Origin: Octopus bimaculoides
Taxonomy: Eukaryota
Assembly (NCBI RefSeq): GCF_001194135.2
Contig: NC_068986.1
Coordinates: forward strand, 65,940,648-66,004,647
Reading direction: 5' to 3'
DNA length: 64,000 nucleotides
Under the pieces are notes generated by a model. That model had not been told where the DNA came from and did no database searches. It was given only the letters and a program-made list of their open reading frames with translations. Below, one piece after another: positions 36,780-50,190 of the stretch (positions within the stretch are counted from its first letter, which is position 1; each line of letters begins with the position of its first letter). The translations under genes and the position numbers were made by a program.

Positions 36780-39541
36780 TCTATATATATATATATATAT
36801 AAATGTCAATTTCTGTCTCTCAGTCTGTCTGTCCGCCTGTCTGTTACCAACTTAGTGCATAAACCACCGAACTAATATTCACGAAACTTTGCATATATGT
36901 GACACTAACATCAACAAAATTCAATGTATTATACTCATTATGAATGCAAACCAACTTATTTAGACTAATTTTTCATGCTGATTTCAAAATTTCACTCTAT
37001 TTGTATGCAACACGTATCAGTTTTTCAGTAGACACATGCAAATATTTACATATCCGTATATATGAAATCATTAACGTAATAAATAAGGACATATTTTTAG
37101 AAAGTAAATGAGTTTATTGAATTAAAAATCATCACTATCATTCTACAAAGAGTGAATACATAAAAAATGGGTCAGCAAAACGGACAAAGTTAGAACAGAG
37201 TTAGAAACATTGTAATTTGGATTTTCTACGATACTCCTGATCTGGTTTATCACGGTAAAGTGTGCAGCAGTAGTCAGCCAGCATACTGTCATTACAGAAG
37301 TATGTCCAAGTGAAATCTTTCACCATGTTCATCAAACACTGCTCCAAGGTTGCCTGTGAAGAAATCCAGATGAGAGTCCTAGAAGTGAACTTTCAGTGAT
37401 ATGCGACAACCCATTGCTGAGTAACATTTCAGAAGATTCTTGATGCCATCCTTGTAGTCCATTGCCTTCTTGTTGCCCAAGAAATTCTCACAGATCCAAT
37501 TGAAAGTATTCCAGGCAGGCAGTTCCAGTTCATCCAGTGTTGTCTTGAAGTTGACATCTTTGAGTACTTTTCTAATTTAGGGTCCGACAAAGATACCCTC
37601 TTTCAACTTCGCCTGTGTGATTTTGGGAAACTTTTCTACAATATACCCAAACCCTCTGTTATTTCTCTTCCCCGGTGTCTTTACAAACTGTTTTATCAGT
37701 CCAAGCTTTATGTGCAAAGGAGGCAATAGGACATTACATGGATCTACAAGAGGTGTATTCATGATGCTAGACAGTTCTGGCTGGCACGATGTTCTTGTCC
37801 GCCAGTTTGATTCCGAATAATATCTGTTAGTTACCCGACTATCCCATAGACACAAGAAACAACAGTATTTTGTGAAACTTGACTGCATTCCCATTAATAT
37901 TCTAATTGACTTTTAAATCTCCACATATTTTCCATGAGTATCTTTTGTAGGCAATGACATAAAGTAAAAGTTCCATATTCTTATATGATTCATGAAGATG
38001 AACGGAGTGTGCAATAGAAACGGAGGGCTTCAAATTACCATTATGGAGAAGTACAGCTTTTAAACTTCGTTTTGAAGAGTCAATAAACAAATGCTACTCT
38101 ACAGGATCATGATTTTGTGATAAACATTCGGAAAGTCCATCGACGTTACTGCAAAAGCAAAGCGAGCCTTCAACAGAAAAACACGTTTGTAGAACCACAT
38201 TTCTCTGCGGAAAATAAGTTATACTAACACCATGCTCTAGCAGATACTTCTCCTTCAGTCTTCGTGCCAACAGTTCTGCTTTTTCTTTTGAGAGGGATAA
38301 GTCTCTGGCAATGTCAGTCAGTTCAGCTTGGGAAAAATTTCTGAGTTTCAAAGCTATCGTCAACAGCCACGTAATCTTCCTCAACAGCACTATCGTGACA
38401 GTCAATATCATCATCTCAAGTTTCAATACCATCATTTGGTGGAAATGGAATTGGCAGACTTTTATTGTGAGGCACAGATCTCATTTCAGAATCGAAATTG
38501 GGATACACAATTTTGTGTTTATTCTTCATAGAAAATCCTGTGATATTTACTTTGCAAAAATGACAGTCATTAAAATGGTCTTTCGGCTCCATCCATACCA
38601 TCGGAATGGCAAAAGGCATGGACTTCTTCTTATTGAATCAGTCACGTAAGCCATTTGAGCAAGCTAAGCAGATAAAATGTGGTGCCCATAACTTGTCCTG
38701 ATCCCCAAGAGGTCAGTCAAAGTATATCTTATAAATCTTCTTGATCTCTGGTGTTATTGTTCGTTTTTGAACTTTCCCAATAAATTGTCCATAGACATAG
38801 CGAAACACATCAGGACGATTTCTACACTGTCTTGATATTGTTAACGCTGTAAAACAAGTGAGGAAATAGATGCAAATGGTTATACTTAAATTGAATATAA
38901 GATGGTGAAATATTTCATCAGACTAATTATGACTGGAATAATTTGAAATGTTGAAATACCTATTTCATCAGACAAAACTTGATTGGTTAATTTAAGATGA
39001 TGAAATATTGCATCTGAACCATGCAGCAATGAATAATGTGGCTTATTTTAAAAGTATGTTTCCATGATGTAATTGAAATACATGCATAATTGTATGCATT
39101 GTATGTATTGTATATATGTACATACATAATTGTATGAGTAATTGGAATTTCTATATAATGCATGAGCTAAAACCAAAAAACTTTGTCATCTTGAAAACTA
39201 CGTGATTTCAAAAAACTAATTGTATATTTGAAACCAGCATTAAAAACTACACTAAGTGCACCTTGACATATGCTTGATAAAAGATACTTGTCGACCAGTG
39301 TAATAGGCTAATTGAATTTCAATTAAAATCTATAATGTGCACTCCCGCCCAGGGCCGTTGGGCGAATTATATGATAAAATGAGGAGGTTGCAAAAAGTAT
39401 AAGTCTGAGGTAGTAACAGAGAGAGGGTGACTTATATCAGTGAAGGCGAGAACAGCGGTGAAAATTGGGGCCGTAACGTTAATATAGCTGTCATGTACAC
39501 GCGACGCTGCATACATACTATTGTAAATACATAGATACAAA

Positions 39542-39585
<44 letters not shown>

Positions 39586-40394
39586 ACACACATCACACAC
39601 ACACACATCACACACACACACACACATCACACACACACACACACACACAGGTGGGTATGAGAAAAACGAAGCTTTAAGGAGAGAGGAGGTAGGTGGATTT
39701 TCTGCTGTCAAGCGCAAAAAACACACACATACATACATATATATACATACATACGTATGTCTGTTTCTCTACTTTTGTAGAGTCTTCTTTGTTGCTATCA
39801 TATATTGTGAGATTTTAAAATTACGTCAAAATTTTCAAATTTGGTATATAGAATTAATTTTCCACGTTAAATCCAATTTTGTTATTTATTTGTTCCTAAT
39901 ATCCAGTTGAATTATAGGCCAATCGGATTTCAATAAAAGTCTATAATGGGACCCTTGGGAGAAGGGATGTAGCACATGTTTACAAATCAGCTACGATAAG
40001 CTACGACATGTGACAACGCCAGCTACAATACGCGCACTATTTGTCAATGTATTTGTAAATCTATCTAGTTATCTAATTTACTTTACTCAGATGCATATTC
40101 GTATGCTAAAGTAATATAAGGACATTCTTTATTCACCTACTAATCGTATTAATAGTTTGTAACACCTATTTTAGCAATAAACTATTATCATAAAGGTTAA
40201 TAAAATATTTAATGGCTTAATTACACCTAACTGATTCTAAAATTTATATATTGACATAGGATTTGGGATAGGAATTGGAGCGGAACTAAAGCGGAAACAG
40301 AGCAGAGAACGGGATAGGACATGAAACAGTGTAATGGGAATAGGAACTGGAAATGACCCCTGCTTTTCCGGGTATTACCGGGTAATTCAGCTAA
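36780..40394 (+). mobile_element. Non-autonomous Helitron containing a Chapaev3 insertion
   Basis: A|TC 5' end followed by (TA)n and GTCTGTCTGTCC; 3' hairpin CCGG-GTATTA-CCGG 13 nt before CTAA|T; GGGA(T/A)AGGA-type minisatellite at 40265-40352. Confidence 0.6.
36909..39300 (-). mobile_element. Chapaev3 (CMC) DNA transposon, decayed
   Basis: MPFAIPMVW.EPKDH.NDC.FC, DLSLSKEKAELL, FIDSSKRSLKAVLLHNGN, GDLKV, TKYCCFLCLWDSR, LPPLHIKLGL, KEGIFVGP, DEHGERFH; CAC terminus at 39300 followed by TAA; left end eroded. Confidence 0.85.
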
Positions 40395-40933
40395 TACCTT
40401 ATATATTGGAGTAGCGATATTTGATGTGTCAGTGCTTCCCGCGTGATATTGGAATTCCAGTGCCCATAATGGATGAATTTCGTCTGTTACAATCTATGTG
40501 TAAGCATTTATTCACCAAGCCCCTATATGAGAGGATCATTCAAGGCTAATAACGCAGCATTCAATGTTCTAACAAGGCATTCATGTTCAGTTGGATGTAA
40601 AGATTAGTTTTTGATATATCTTTGTAGTGCAGTATATGGATTCATAGAATCATGTGTCTATCACAGTAAGTTCCTATAGTAGACTCGGCTAACAAACCAC
40701 ATACTAGTACAATAGAGAGGAGTATAATGTAGAGTTCCGTGAAGTTGAAATCCAAGAGATTCGACAGATGAGATTCTTTCTTAATCAGCATGTAAATCAT
40801 AAATTGTCAGGAGGTATGAGAAGTGAATATACTTATTTAACCACTTGTCATCCTTAGTATTACGGCCATTTCGCAACCTTTCTCACGTCTGCATTATATA
40901 ACTTTAAAATAATAAATCAATGCACACCAATGC

Positions 40934-40968
<35 letters not shown>

Positions 40969-41187
40969 NNNNNNNNNNNNNNNNNNNNNNNNNNNNNNNN
41001 NNNNNNNNNNNNNNNNNNNNNNNNNNNNNNNNNNNNNNNNNNNNNNNNNNNNNNNNNNNNNNNNNNNNNNNNNNNNNNNNNNNNNNNNNNNNNNNNNNNN
41101 NNNNNNNNNNNNNNNNNNNNNNNNNNNNNNNNNNNNNNNNNNNNNNNNNNNNNNNNNNNNNNNNNNNNNNNNNNNNNNNNNNNACGT

Positions 41188-41903
41188 ACACGTGTATAAG
41201 GGATGACCACTAGGTGGACATCTAATATGCTAGAAAGAGGTCATCAACGTCCCAACAACAAAGAAAAATAATGTTCTCCAGAAAAAATTTCGCAAAACGC
41301 CAGAACAGGACAAAATTAGAAATATACAGAATAAAGAATTATCTATGGACTGCAATTTCGAACATTAACGTTTTACTTACGTAACAACATCCGTGTTCTT
41401 ATCAGCATAGACGTTCTAGAACCAAAATAATTTGTAGAACTATACACGAATTGACTTCATGAAACAAGACTTGCATATAGTTCTACCGATTACATTGGGG
41501 CTATTTTTCAAAATGCCTCAGCTCCGGCGCACAAAATCCCGGAAACAATTCTGCAGAGAATAATTCACTGCAGTATATGTTGCCGGTTGGAGAACATAAC
41601 TATTTAAATTATTATTTATATAGATAGGGTCATAGATTGAATATTAATTCAATCTAAAAGCAAGTGGCCTAGCATATAAAAAAATCTGAAAATTCAGAAA
41701 AAATTGTATTAGACGTGTATAAGGGATGACCACTAGGTGGACATCCAATATGCTAGAAAGAGGTCATCAACGACCCAACCACAAAGAAAACTAATGTTCT
41801 CCAGAAAAAAAATTTCGCAAAACGCCAGAACAGGACAAAATGAGAAATATACAGAATAAAGAATTATCTATGGACTGCAGTTTCGAACATTAACGTTTTA
41901 CTT
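41188..41903 (-). mobile_element. Non-coding 525-nt-period direct repeat with a hammerhead (retrozyme or PLE-like)
   Basis: 41188-41378 and 41713-41903 are near-identical; hammerhead spans 41341-41412. Confidence 0.7.
41341..41412 (-). ncRNA. Type I hammerhead ribozyme with G8A and C15.2T substitutions
   Basis: GTCTATG-CTGATAA-GAACA...TGTTC-GAAAT-TGCA-GTC-CATAGAT; the partial second copy retains GAAAC-TGCA-GTC. Confidence 0.7.
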
Positions 41904-43844
41904 TCCTAGTTCCTCAACTGTTTCATTGGTGCAATTTTCTTGGTGCAGCATCGCTGAACTGCCTCCAGATTCATCATTAAATTGAAACAGTGGGATGATC
42001 ATACTTGAGAACAGTAGTCCTGATGCATGAACACAGATGTCCGCTATAAAACCATAATAGTTTTCTGGTCCCTTGTTTTGAAAGCTCACAGAATCTATTC
42101 GGCAATTCGATCGCACATTGCCGCCATTTTGGTGATATGTACATGAAGTGAAGTATTGTTGCTTATATCAATCCTTAGGTTCCGCAATGTGTTGAATCTG
42201 GGATCGCTTCTATTTTTTGGTCCAAAATATGTTTTTTGTAGCCTATTAACATACTTATATAGAGTGAGTGAGTGAGTGAATGAGTAGATGATTGAGTGCA
42301 TTTATGTGTTAGTGCTATTGATTGGCTCACCGTAGAATATGAAGTAATTCATCGTAAAACGATGGACTCATTAAAATCCAATGAGACCTATTAATAAACA
42401 TATGTAAATCGTTTCTTCCTATTGAACACTAAACATTGACAGAGAACAACAAAATGTTTCCAAAAAAAAAAAAAGAAACAAATAGTAACAGTGACCAATA
42501 ACTTGTTCCTCAATAACAAATAACAACATAAAACAACAAAACGCATCCCCAGAACAAGTACTGAGACAGAACTGCATATGTCCAAATCGCCATTAAGAGA
42601 AGTTCATTTAAAAACAAAAAGAAAAAGACGAAAAACAGTAACAATGATAAATCGAAAAGTCAGACTAGAGAGATTATTTCCACCGGAAAAATAAATATTA
42701 CAAAAACGATACGTTGTACCGACCATCACCTCTATAAATATTGATTTCTAATGAAGAAGATTAGAATGTGGATTATTAATTAAAACAAAACAAGATATAT
42801 AGATATCTAATGAAAAAAATATGAAAATGTTTTGTGCGTCATTCTAAGCCAATAATTTAATCATTTCCGGTTGTCCATAAAATGTGAAACGAAATTATGA
42901 TATTGGAACAGGTTTGTATTTCATATAGGAAAACATGAAAGTTTTTCTTTGCTTTTATTTTTGCTTCTGTTGTTTGTTTTGCTATGCGTCGGCACTATTA
43001 AGTTATAAACACATACAATGCATTATGCAAACAAACAGGCACACATATACACACGTGCACACTTGTAAAATATTACATTGATATACGCAGAGATAATTAG
43101 AATAGATAACCAAAGATATAGATATACAAGCAGATAGCTCCTCGTTTCTTGTGTTAGCTTTAACAATGTAATTAGAGAACGTATACAACCAGTCACATAT
43201 ATTTATACTTTCTATTCTGTTACCGGTTACAGTCATTGGTCTGTAACATCCAAGGTCACAGCCTTGTTATGTCTATATCAAAATATATATAAATAACAGA
43301 TGGCTAGCTTGCTATTTTTTGGAAAGATAGATAGATTTTTTTTAAATATGTGTGTGTATGTGTGTGTGTGTATGTGTGTGTGTGTGTGTGTAGGACAGNN
43401 NNNNNNNNNNNNNNNNNNNNNNNNNNNNNNNNNNNNNNNNNNNNNNNNNNNNNNNNNNNNNNNNNNNNNNNNNNNNNNNNNNNNNNNNNNNNNNNGGTGG
43501 GTGGGTGTGTGTTACCAGAAGAATATTTTGTGGAAAGTACGTATATCTCGTGAGCCGATGGATCTTTCTGATCAATCTCATGCCCACTGAAAAGACTATA
43601 TACAGTATATATATATAAAGAGGAAAACCATTAGTTTTAAAATCTTTGAGCGACAAATAAGTAGTAACAGTACTACTGAGTAAAATCTATTTGCTAACGT
43701 AAGTTGGCAGCCCTGATTAGGACGATGTTATTGCCTTTTTTTTTAGCCCCAGTAAAACATCTTTTCCAGTTGGCTACCGACGCACAACTGCATCCTTATA
43801 CCTCGAACAAGGGAACTAATGTCCCCACTCAGCCTTAAACGGTA

Positions 43845-43889
43845 CCAGTGGACCATGGTTTCTGGGTTATTTCTCTTCATCAGCTCAGG
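43845..43889 (-). ncRNA. Hammerhead-like motif with intact core and partly broken stems
   Basis: CTGATGA-AGAGAAATAACCCA-GAAAC-CATG-GTC; ACCATGGT palindrome. Confidence 0.5.
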
Positions 43890-44423
43890 ATAACTGTTGG
43901 CTTAGAGATGGCAGCACTAGGCTCTGTTCGAGGTATATACTTTTAAAGTGACGCACAGTCACTGATCTCGTAAAAAGGAAAACCATTAGTTTTAAATCTC
44001 TGAACGAGAAGTAAGCAGTAACAGTAATACAGGGTAAAATCTATTTTCCAACGCAAGTTGGCAGTCCTTATTAAGATGATACATACATACATGAATACAT
44101 ACATACATACATACATACATACATACATGTCTGTATATATATGATGATAAATACTCTCGTCATGAACAACAAATGACAGTTCAGTAAAATAAAGCGTTAA
44201 TCATCTTCTACAGACACGCATGTATCTCTTGAGGCCTGTAGGTTCCTTGAAAACCTTTTTGAAAATGAAACAAGCTAGGAACTCAGTTTCCTCGAGTACT
44301 TCTGAATTATTTACTAGGTGTTTTCTTTAGTGGTCGTCAAGATCTGCTTTACTCCGTGCTACAAAACCACAATGACAAGTAAGGTTTTCATTTAGCAGAG
44401 CGGACTGGCATGTATGTATGTAT

Positions 44424-44479
<56 letters not shown>

Positions 44480-47059
44480 GTAGATAGATAGGTAGATAGA
44501 TAGATAGATTGATAGATACGTAGGTATGCATGTATATATGTATGCATGCATGCATGCATGTATATATGTATGTATGTATGCATGTATGTATGTATGTTTG
44601 TATGTATGTATGTATGTGTGCATGCATGTACGAGGATGGATGGATGGATGGATGGATGGATGGTGAGTAATATAAAAATATATTGTTCAAGCTTTATCAA
44701 ATCAAATAATAACATAAAAGAATTAAACATAATTTTTGTTGATCGGTTAATTGTTAAGATAGAATTTCAGGGTGAAGTTGCTCTAAGAAGGAAGACTGCT
44801 GCACCTGAAAAGTGGGATAACATAGAGATGACGAAAAAGGATATGAGTCATGTTAAGTGGCGTATACAGCTACATATTTCAATGTAGCATATGCGGTTGT
44901 AGTTACCGGGAAATGAAAGAATGCGTCAGATTGTCAGAACTTAACTCTTTCTATTAGAATTGGCTCGGGAGTGCGAGAGAAAGAATGAGACGGATAAAAG
45001 ACAGACAGGCAGGAAGAGACTAAGAGAGAGGATTTAAGGCGTTAAAGTAGAATCATCTTTAATCGAACAGACCTATGGTCAAAACTGAACTACACAGCTT
45101 AATATATCCTTCTCTCTTGACGACAATAGGTATGATTTGAGAGAGATTCAAAGCTATTTATATCATTTGAGAGAATTTGGAAACGAGAGATAAGTAGTTT
45201 GCAAGATCAGAGAGATTTCTCTTTTTGGTAATGGGACACACTGAAGTATGTATATTTTGAAAGTACATTTCAGTGCAGAGATAAAGAATTGAAGACGTTG
45301 GCGAGGCTATTGGCTAATTGCACAGTTAACCTTATTTGCACGTTAAACTGTTAATTGCATTGTTAAATGTGATACCATCGGAACCAGTCAAGTTGATGAA
45401 TTGAAGTGAACAGAGAAGAAGTAGGTAGATATTTACGGAAAAAGAAAAATTTAGCTAACTCTAGAAAAGTATGAGATGATTTTAATCTTTTTATTCATAG
45501 AGATAACTGTCTGGCAAATTGGTGTTTGCAACACTTGAATCTAGTAACATTTCTCTATATTGGTTACTCAATCATAATATTTAGGAAGATTCGTGCGTTT
45601 CACAGCATAGTTTGTACATTGTCATCACTGTCTGTGTTTCTAGTTTACAGACCAGAAATTACTAGCTGTACATCAACTTTTCATTCAATAAATGAACACA
45701 GGTGGGCCTTCAATCTATGTGTTAAGATCAGTAAGTATTTTTTTTTTTTGTATGTGAGATTATAGTGATAGCTATCGTTGCAATTTCATAATGAAGTTCA
45801 GTAATGATCACATCCAGTATGATATTATGCTCGAAAACCATAAATCACGTTACAGATGTGAGATCCACAAATGACTGATGGGATGCAAAAATAACAATTT
45901 ACTTAAGCGTAACACAATTAAACCAATCATTTTGATACCTCCGCAACACGCCATTGTGTCCTCGGTGTTTTTGTAGAAGGTACAGATACTTTCAGAGTGC
46001 GAAATTTCTCCTGACATTAAACCCAAAGAAATAAGTAAACCATATGCTTGCGAATTTTGCTTGGAGTATTGAATGATTTTGGTTACACTAAATCTAACCT
46101 CCTTTGTTTCTCCCAGTCCGCACATATCCAGTATTAATCAATAAGATTATACAGTGTCAAATTATAAAAAAAGCAAACTCTAAATAAACTATTATCTCAT
46201 ATACATTACATAAAGCACATTAGGAACACCTAAACTGAGTTTTCATGTCTTTTCTGCAACGATGACGATTATTTGATTAAAAATGCAGGACATGGGACTG
46301 AATATTTACATTAAATTCTGCCGATATTCCAAGGATGCTGATACATATAACAAGATAACATAAGCAAATCCTTTAACGTGGAGTAGACGAAATCCTAACG
46401 AATTAGTGCATCTAAAACTTTTATTCCTTTCATTCAGTTTAAAGCGTATATAAATATTAACTATTAACATAGATACAAGACCCTCAGATTTTATGGGCTA
46501 ATTTAAGCGAATATATCGATTTCAGTACTTGACTGGTACTTATTTTATCAACTTTGAAAAGATGGAAGGCAACATGAATCTAGGCGGGATTTGAACTCAG
46601 AATCTAGCTAAATAACGCATGATGTTTTAAGTGAGTTTGCAGCCACAAATTTTTGGAGGGTGTTGTCAATTAAATCGGTGCAGTACATCACTAGTATTTA
46701 TGTCATCGACAGCTTGGAAGGTTGGAAGGCAATGTCACTTCAAGGAAGGATACGAAATCAGAAAGTAAAGAAATGCAACTAGTCACTGTATGGCATTTAA
46801 TCCATCAATCTATCATTTCGGCCTATTACACAACCCTCTAGATTCAAATAAATATCGATTTCTGGCATAAGCACAGGGCCATATATTGGTGCTTGACTGA
46901 TTCATTATTTTATTGACCTGGAGAGGATGAAAAGCAAAAGTTGAAAGATCTATGGCAATAAATCCTTTCTTGTAGAACTTCATCAGCAGCATTATCAATA
47001 TCTTAATGTCCATGTGTCCAGACTGACATGAATTGAATAGATTTGTTGTATAGTATATT

Positions 47060-47600
47060 ACCACAAGGTGTTGGCATTCCTTCCATATGACCATCATCCT
47101 AAATACACCTCTGTTTTTCCCTTTATCTTCCTCTTGGATGAGCAGCCTTCACTATTATCCTACAATAGCTTTTTACCCACGCTGTCCATTGACATCACTG
47201 CGTGATTAGCGGAGCGAATTAACTAACACAGAATGTCATAAACTGATGCATTCAACACATCTTAACAATCCCCTCTGTTTTTAACTCTTTGGAAGCTAAT
47301 TTACTTGATGTGGTAAACTTCTGTACCGCTGTTAATTTCAATGGGATTAGTCTATATTATTCGATTCATACTCCTCATTCAAGTTTAGGAGCTCGATGGC
47401 ATACGAAAATTTAAAATAAAAAGAAAATACCTTCCACCTTCTGGAGCTCTGAAGTCCTGTCTCTTGCTTCTGTGGCAACCGATCCAATTTCTTGCATAGT
47501 CATTGTTCACTAGAGGTTTTGAGGTTCAGAACTTACGCTCTAATTCATGCTGCTTTTCTACTGCTTACACCAATGAATCTCACTCCATATAATATATGTT
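47060..47600 (-). mobile_element. Very decayed RTE-like 3' remnant
   Basis: Weak GHM.GMP, RWSE and A.DR..FR-like motifs. Confidence 0.35.
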
Positions 47601-48218
47601 AATTCAAAGAAGCAGATGTTATTACTAAAATTTATTTTCGCACCATTTCTGATAATAGCTAACGCTATAAAAGCAGGAGCAAGTGCACAGACCCTCGTTG
47701 TATTAATCTAAAGATCACAGGGTAATCGTATAAAAACAAGACAACCAAGTGAACGCGATACCCAAGTAATGCCTCGTTTGAATCCAACAATATTATTATA
47801 CTACCTGAGATAACATAATATTACTTCTGTGTGAATTGTTTTTGTCATAATTGTGTAGCAATATTATTTTTCTTCGCGTTCTGTACTAAATTTGTTTTTT
47901 AGCTTATAAAGCAAAGATCATTGTTTTCTATTGTCTGCTTAGTTACAGTCTAGTAACTTAACGTCTTTAATGGTACTGGGGCGATACGTAAGTTGTATTA
48001 ACACATTAACACATTAATATATCTCTTTGTTTTATTTGTTTCCGTTTCTAAAAATAGAATTACCATCCGTTTGTTACTCTTCCACATATATATATGCGCA
48101 TATTTATGTGTATCTTTGAATGCATACGCATAAATACACACACACATACATACACCACTCACACACGCATAACGCACACACATATGTGTGTGTGAGTGTG
48201 TGTGTCTGTGAGAGAGAG

Positions 48219-48292
<74 letters not shown>

Positions 48293-48521
48293 TGTATATA
48301 TATATATATATATAAACATATTGATGTTCTCTAAAAATGATTAAAAACAACAAATAAAATTCAGTATGGATATAGAGNNNNNNNNNNNNNNNNNNNNNNN
48401 NNNNNNNNNNNNNNNNNNNNNNNNNNNNNNNNNNNNNNNNNNNNNNNNNNNNNNNNNNNNNNNNNNNNNNNNNNNNNNNNNNNNNNNNNNNNNNNNNNNN
48501 NNNNNNNNNNNNNNNNNNNNN

Positions 48522-48586
<65 letters not shown>

Positions 48587-48925
48587 CACATATACAATAC
48601 AACAGTAACACAACAAAGGAACAAACGGAAAATTCACACGAGACGGGATCTTGCTAATTTTCTTCAGTTATCACCCAAAAGATTCTTACAATTTCACGCC
48701 TTTAACGATAATATTGTTCCTTTTTGGTGCAGACAGCAGCAGGAAGCTGCTGGGAATAGCGAGCGAACGTTGGGGACAGTGACGCAAGCAGTGACAGTCA
48801 CAAAACCAGAAAGAACACTAATAAGAAGAAAAATGCGAGTACAAGCTGTTTATATTTTATTTTAATTTATTTTGATTATTTCATTTGGAAGAGAGGACTG
48901 CTACTCGATTGATTACTTTTATCAA

Positions 48926-49117
48926 CCTTTTAGCATTTAAATTATTCTGTCAAATGTAATGCTAATTTATTCACATTCTTTTGAATAAATTATGCAGTAT
49001 TTCAATGATTTGTTGAATGGCATTGTAAATTAGGTGTGAGGGGTTGGATCTGGTTTATTTGAACATAAAACAAGCAGAATACTTGGGCCTGATTTGGCCG
49101 ATTTAAATGTTAGAGGG
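48926..49117 (+). mobile_element. piggyBac-like MITE, uninterrupted relative of 60764-61656
   Basis: CCTTTTAGCATT...TGTTAGAGGG termini with decayed TTAA flanks; body aligns with the interrupted copy. Confidence 0.7.
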
Positions 49118-49247
49118 TTTGCAACTCGATAGCAACAGAGAAAACAAAAGCATGCCTAGGAAAGGAATTCCTCGGGGCTTATGTTGTGAATGGAGGTGAG
49201 GTAGAATTGTGTATATTTGTTAACGAAGGACATGGTGAAGAGACGCA

Positions 49248-50140
49248 GTAACACAGAGTGTGAAAATATATAAAATATATCAAAAGCTTAATCTCTAGAA
49301 AGTACAGAAGTACAGGCATAGCTATATATATGTATATACACGTACATACATACATACACACATACACGCACACACACATACGAAGAGAAGTCAAAAAAAT
49401 TATCCGCACTTTCACCATAACATATCTTTATTATTGTTACACTGCCTTCTGTGCATGCGTGCTTATAGTTGGTACTATTGTGGTCACGTGATCGAAGTTT
49501 GAGCCTGATCGTGCCATTCTTCTTTCTGGCTTTATAATGTAAGCATACTCGCTCCACAAAGCAATGTGCACCAAAGAAGAACAAAGAGCAGTGATCCGAG
49601 ACGTGGTAATGGTGAACCGGTTCACCATCACCATCTCTCGAGTTTGTTGAATCTTCTCGTCAGTGGTGGAGGTTGACGGGCATCCTTCTCCCTCTTCGGG
49701 TGTCTCGTTTGTCCAGCTACTTTTAAACTTCTCGATCCACTCATACACACTTCTACGTGGTAGTGCACTGTCCGCGTATTATACTAAAAGCCTCCGATGA
49801 ATTTCAGTACCTGACACACCTGCCAACCAGAGAAATCGAATCACTGCTTTTTGTTCTTCTTTGGCACGCATTGCTAGTGGAGCGGCCATGCCTATACTGT
49901 AAAACCAGAAAGAAAAATGGCGCGATGAGGTTCACACTTCAATCACGTGACTACAATAGTACCAACTATAAGCACACATGCACACATGGCAGTGTGACAA
50001 TAATAAAGATATGTTATGGCAAATGCTGTGTGTGTATATATATATGTATGTATGTATGTATCAATATATAGTTATGCCTGTACTTCTGTACCTTCTAGAG
50101 ATTAAACTTTTGATATATTTTATATTTTTTCACACTCTGT

Positions 50141-50145
<5 letters not shown>
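49248..50145. repeat. Fold-back inverted duplication comprising flank plus mariner 5' end
   Basis: Arms are reverse complements; centre ATGGTGAACC|GGTTCACCAT between 49618 and 49619. Confidence 0.9.
49379..50025. mobile_element. Two head-to-head mariner 5' ends
   Basis: MAAPLAM..KEEQ.AVIR on both strands; the minus copy continues SVYEWIEKFK...STSTTDEKIQQ. Confidence 0.85.

Positions 50146-50190
<45 letters not shown>

Noticed and set aside
44769-44887. Possible terminal exon GEVALRRKTAAPEKW...
   Set aside because: No recognisable product or upstream exon; it may be repeat-derived
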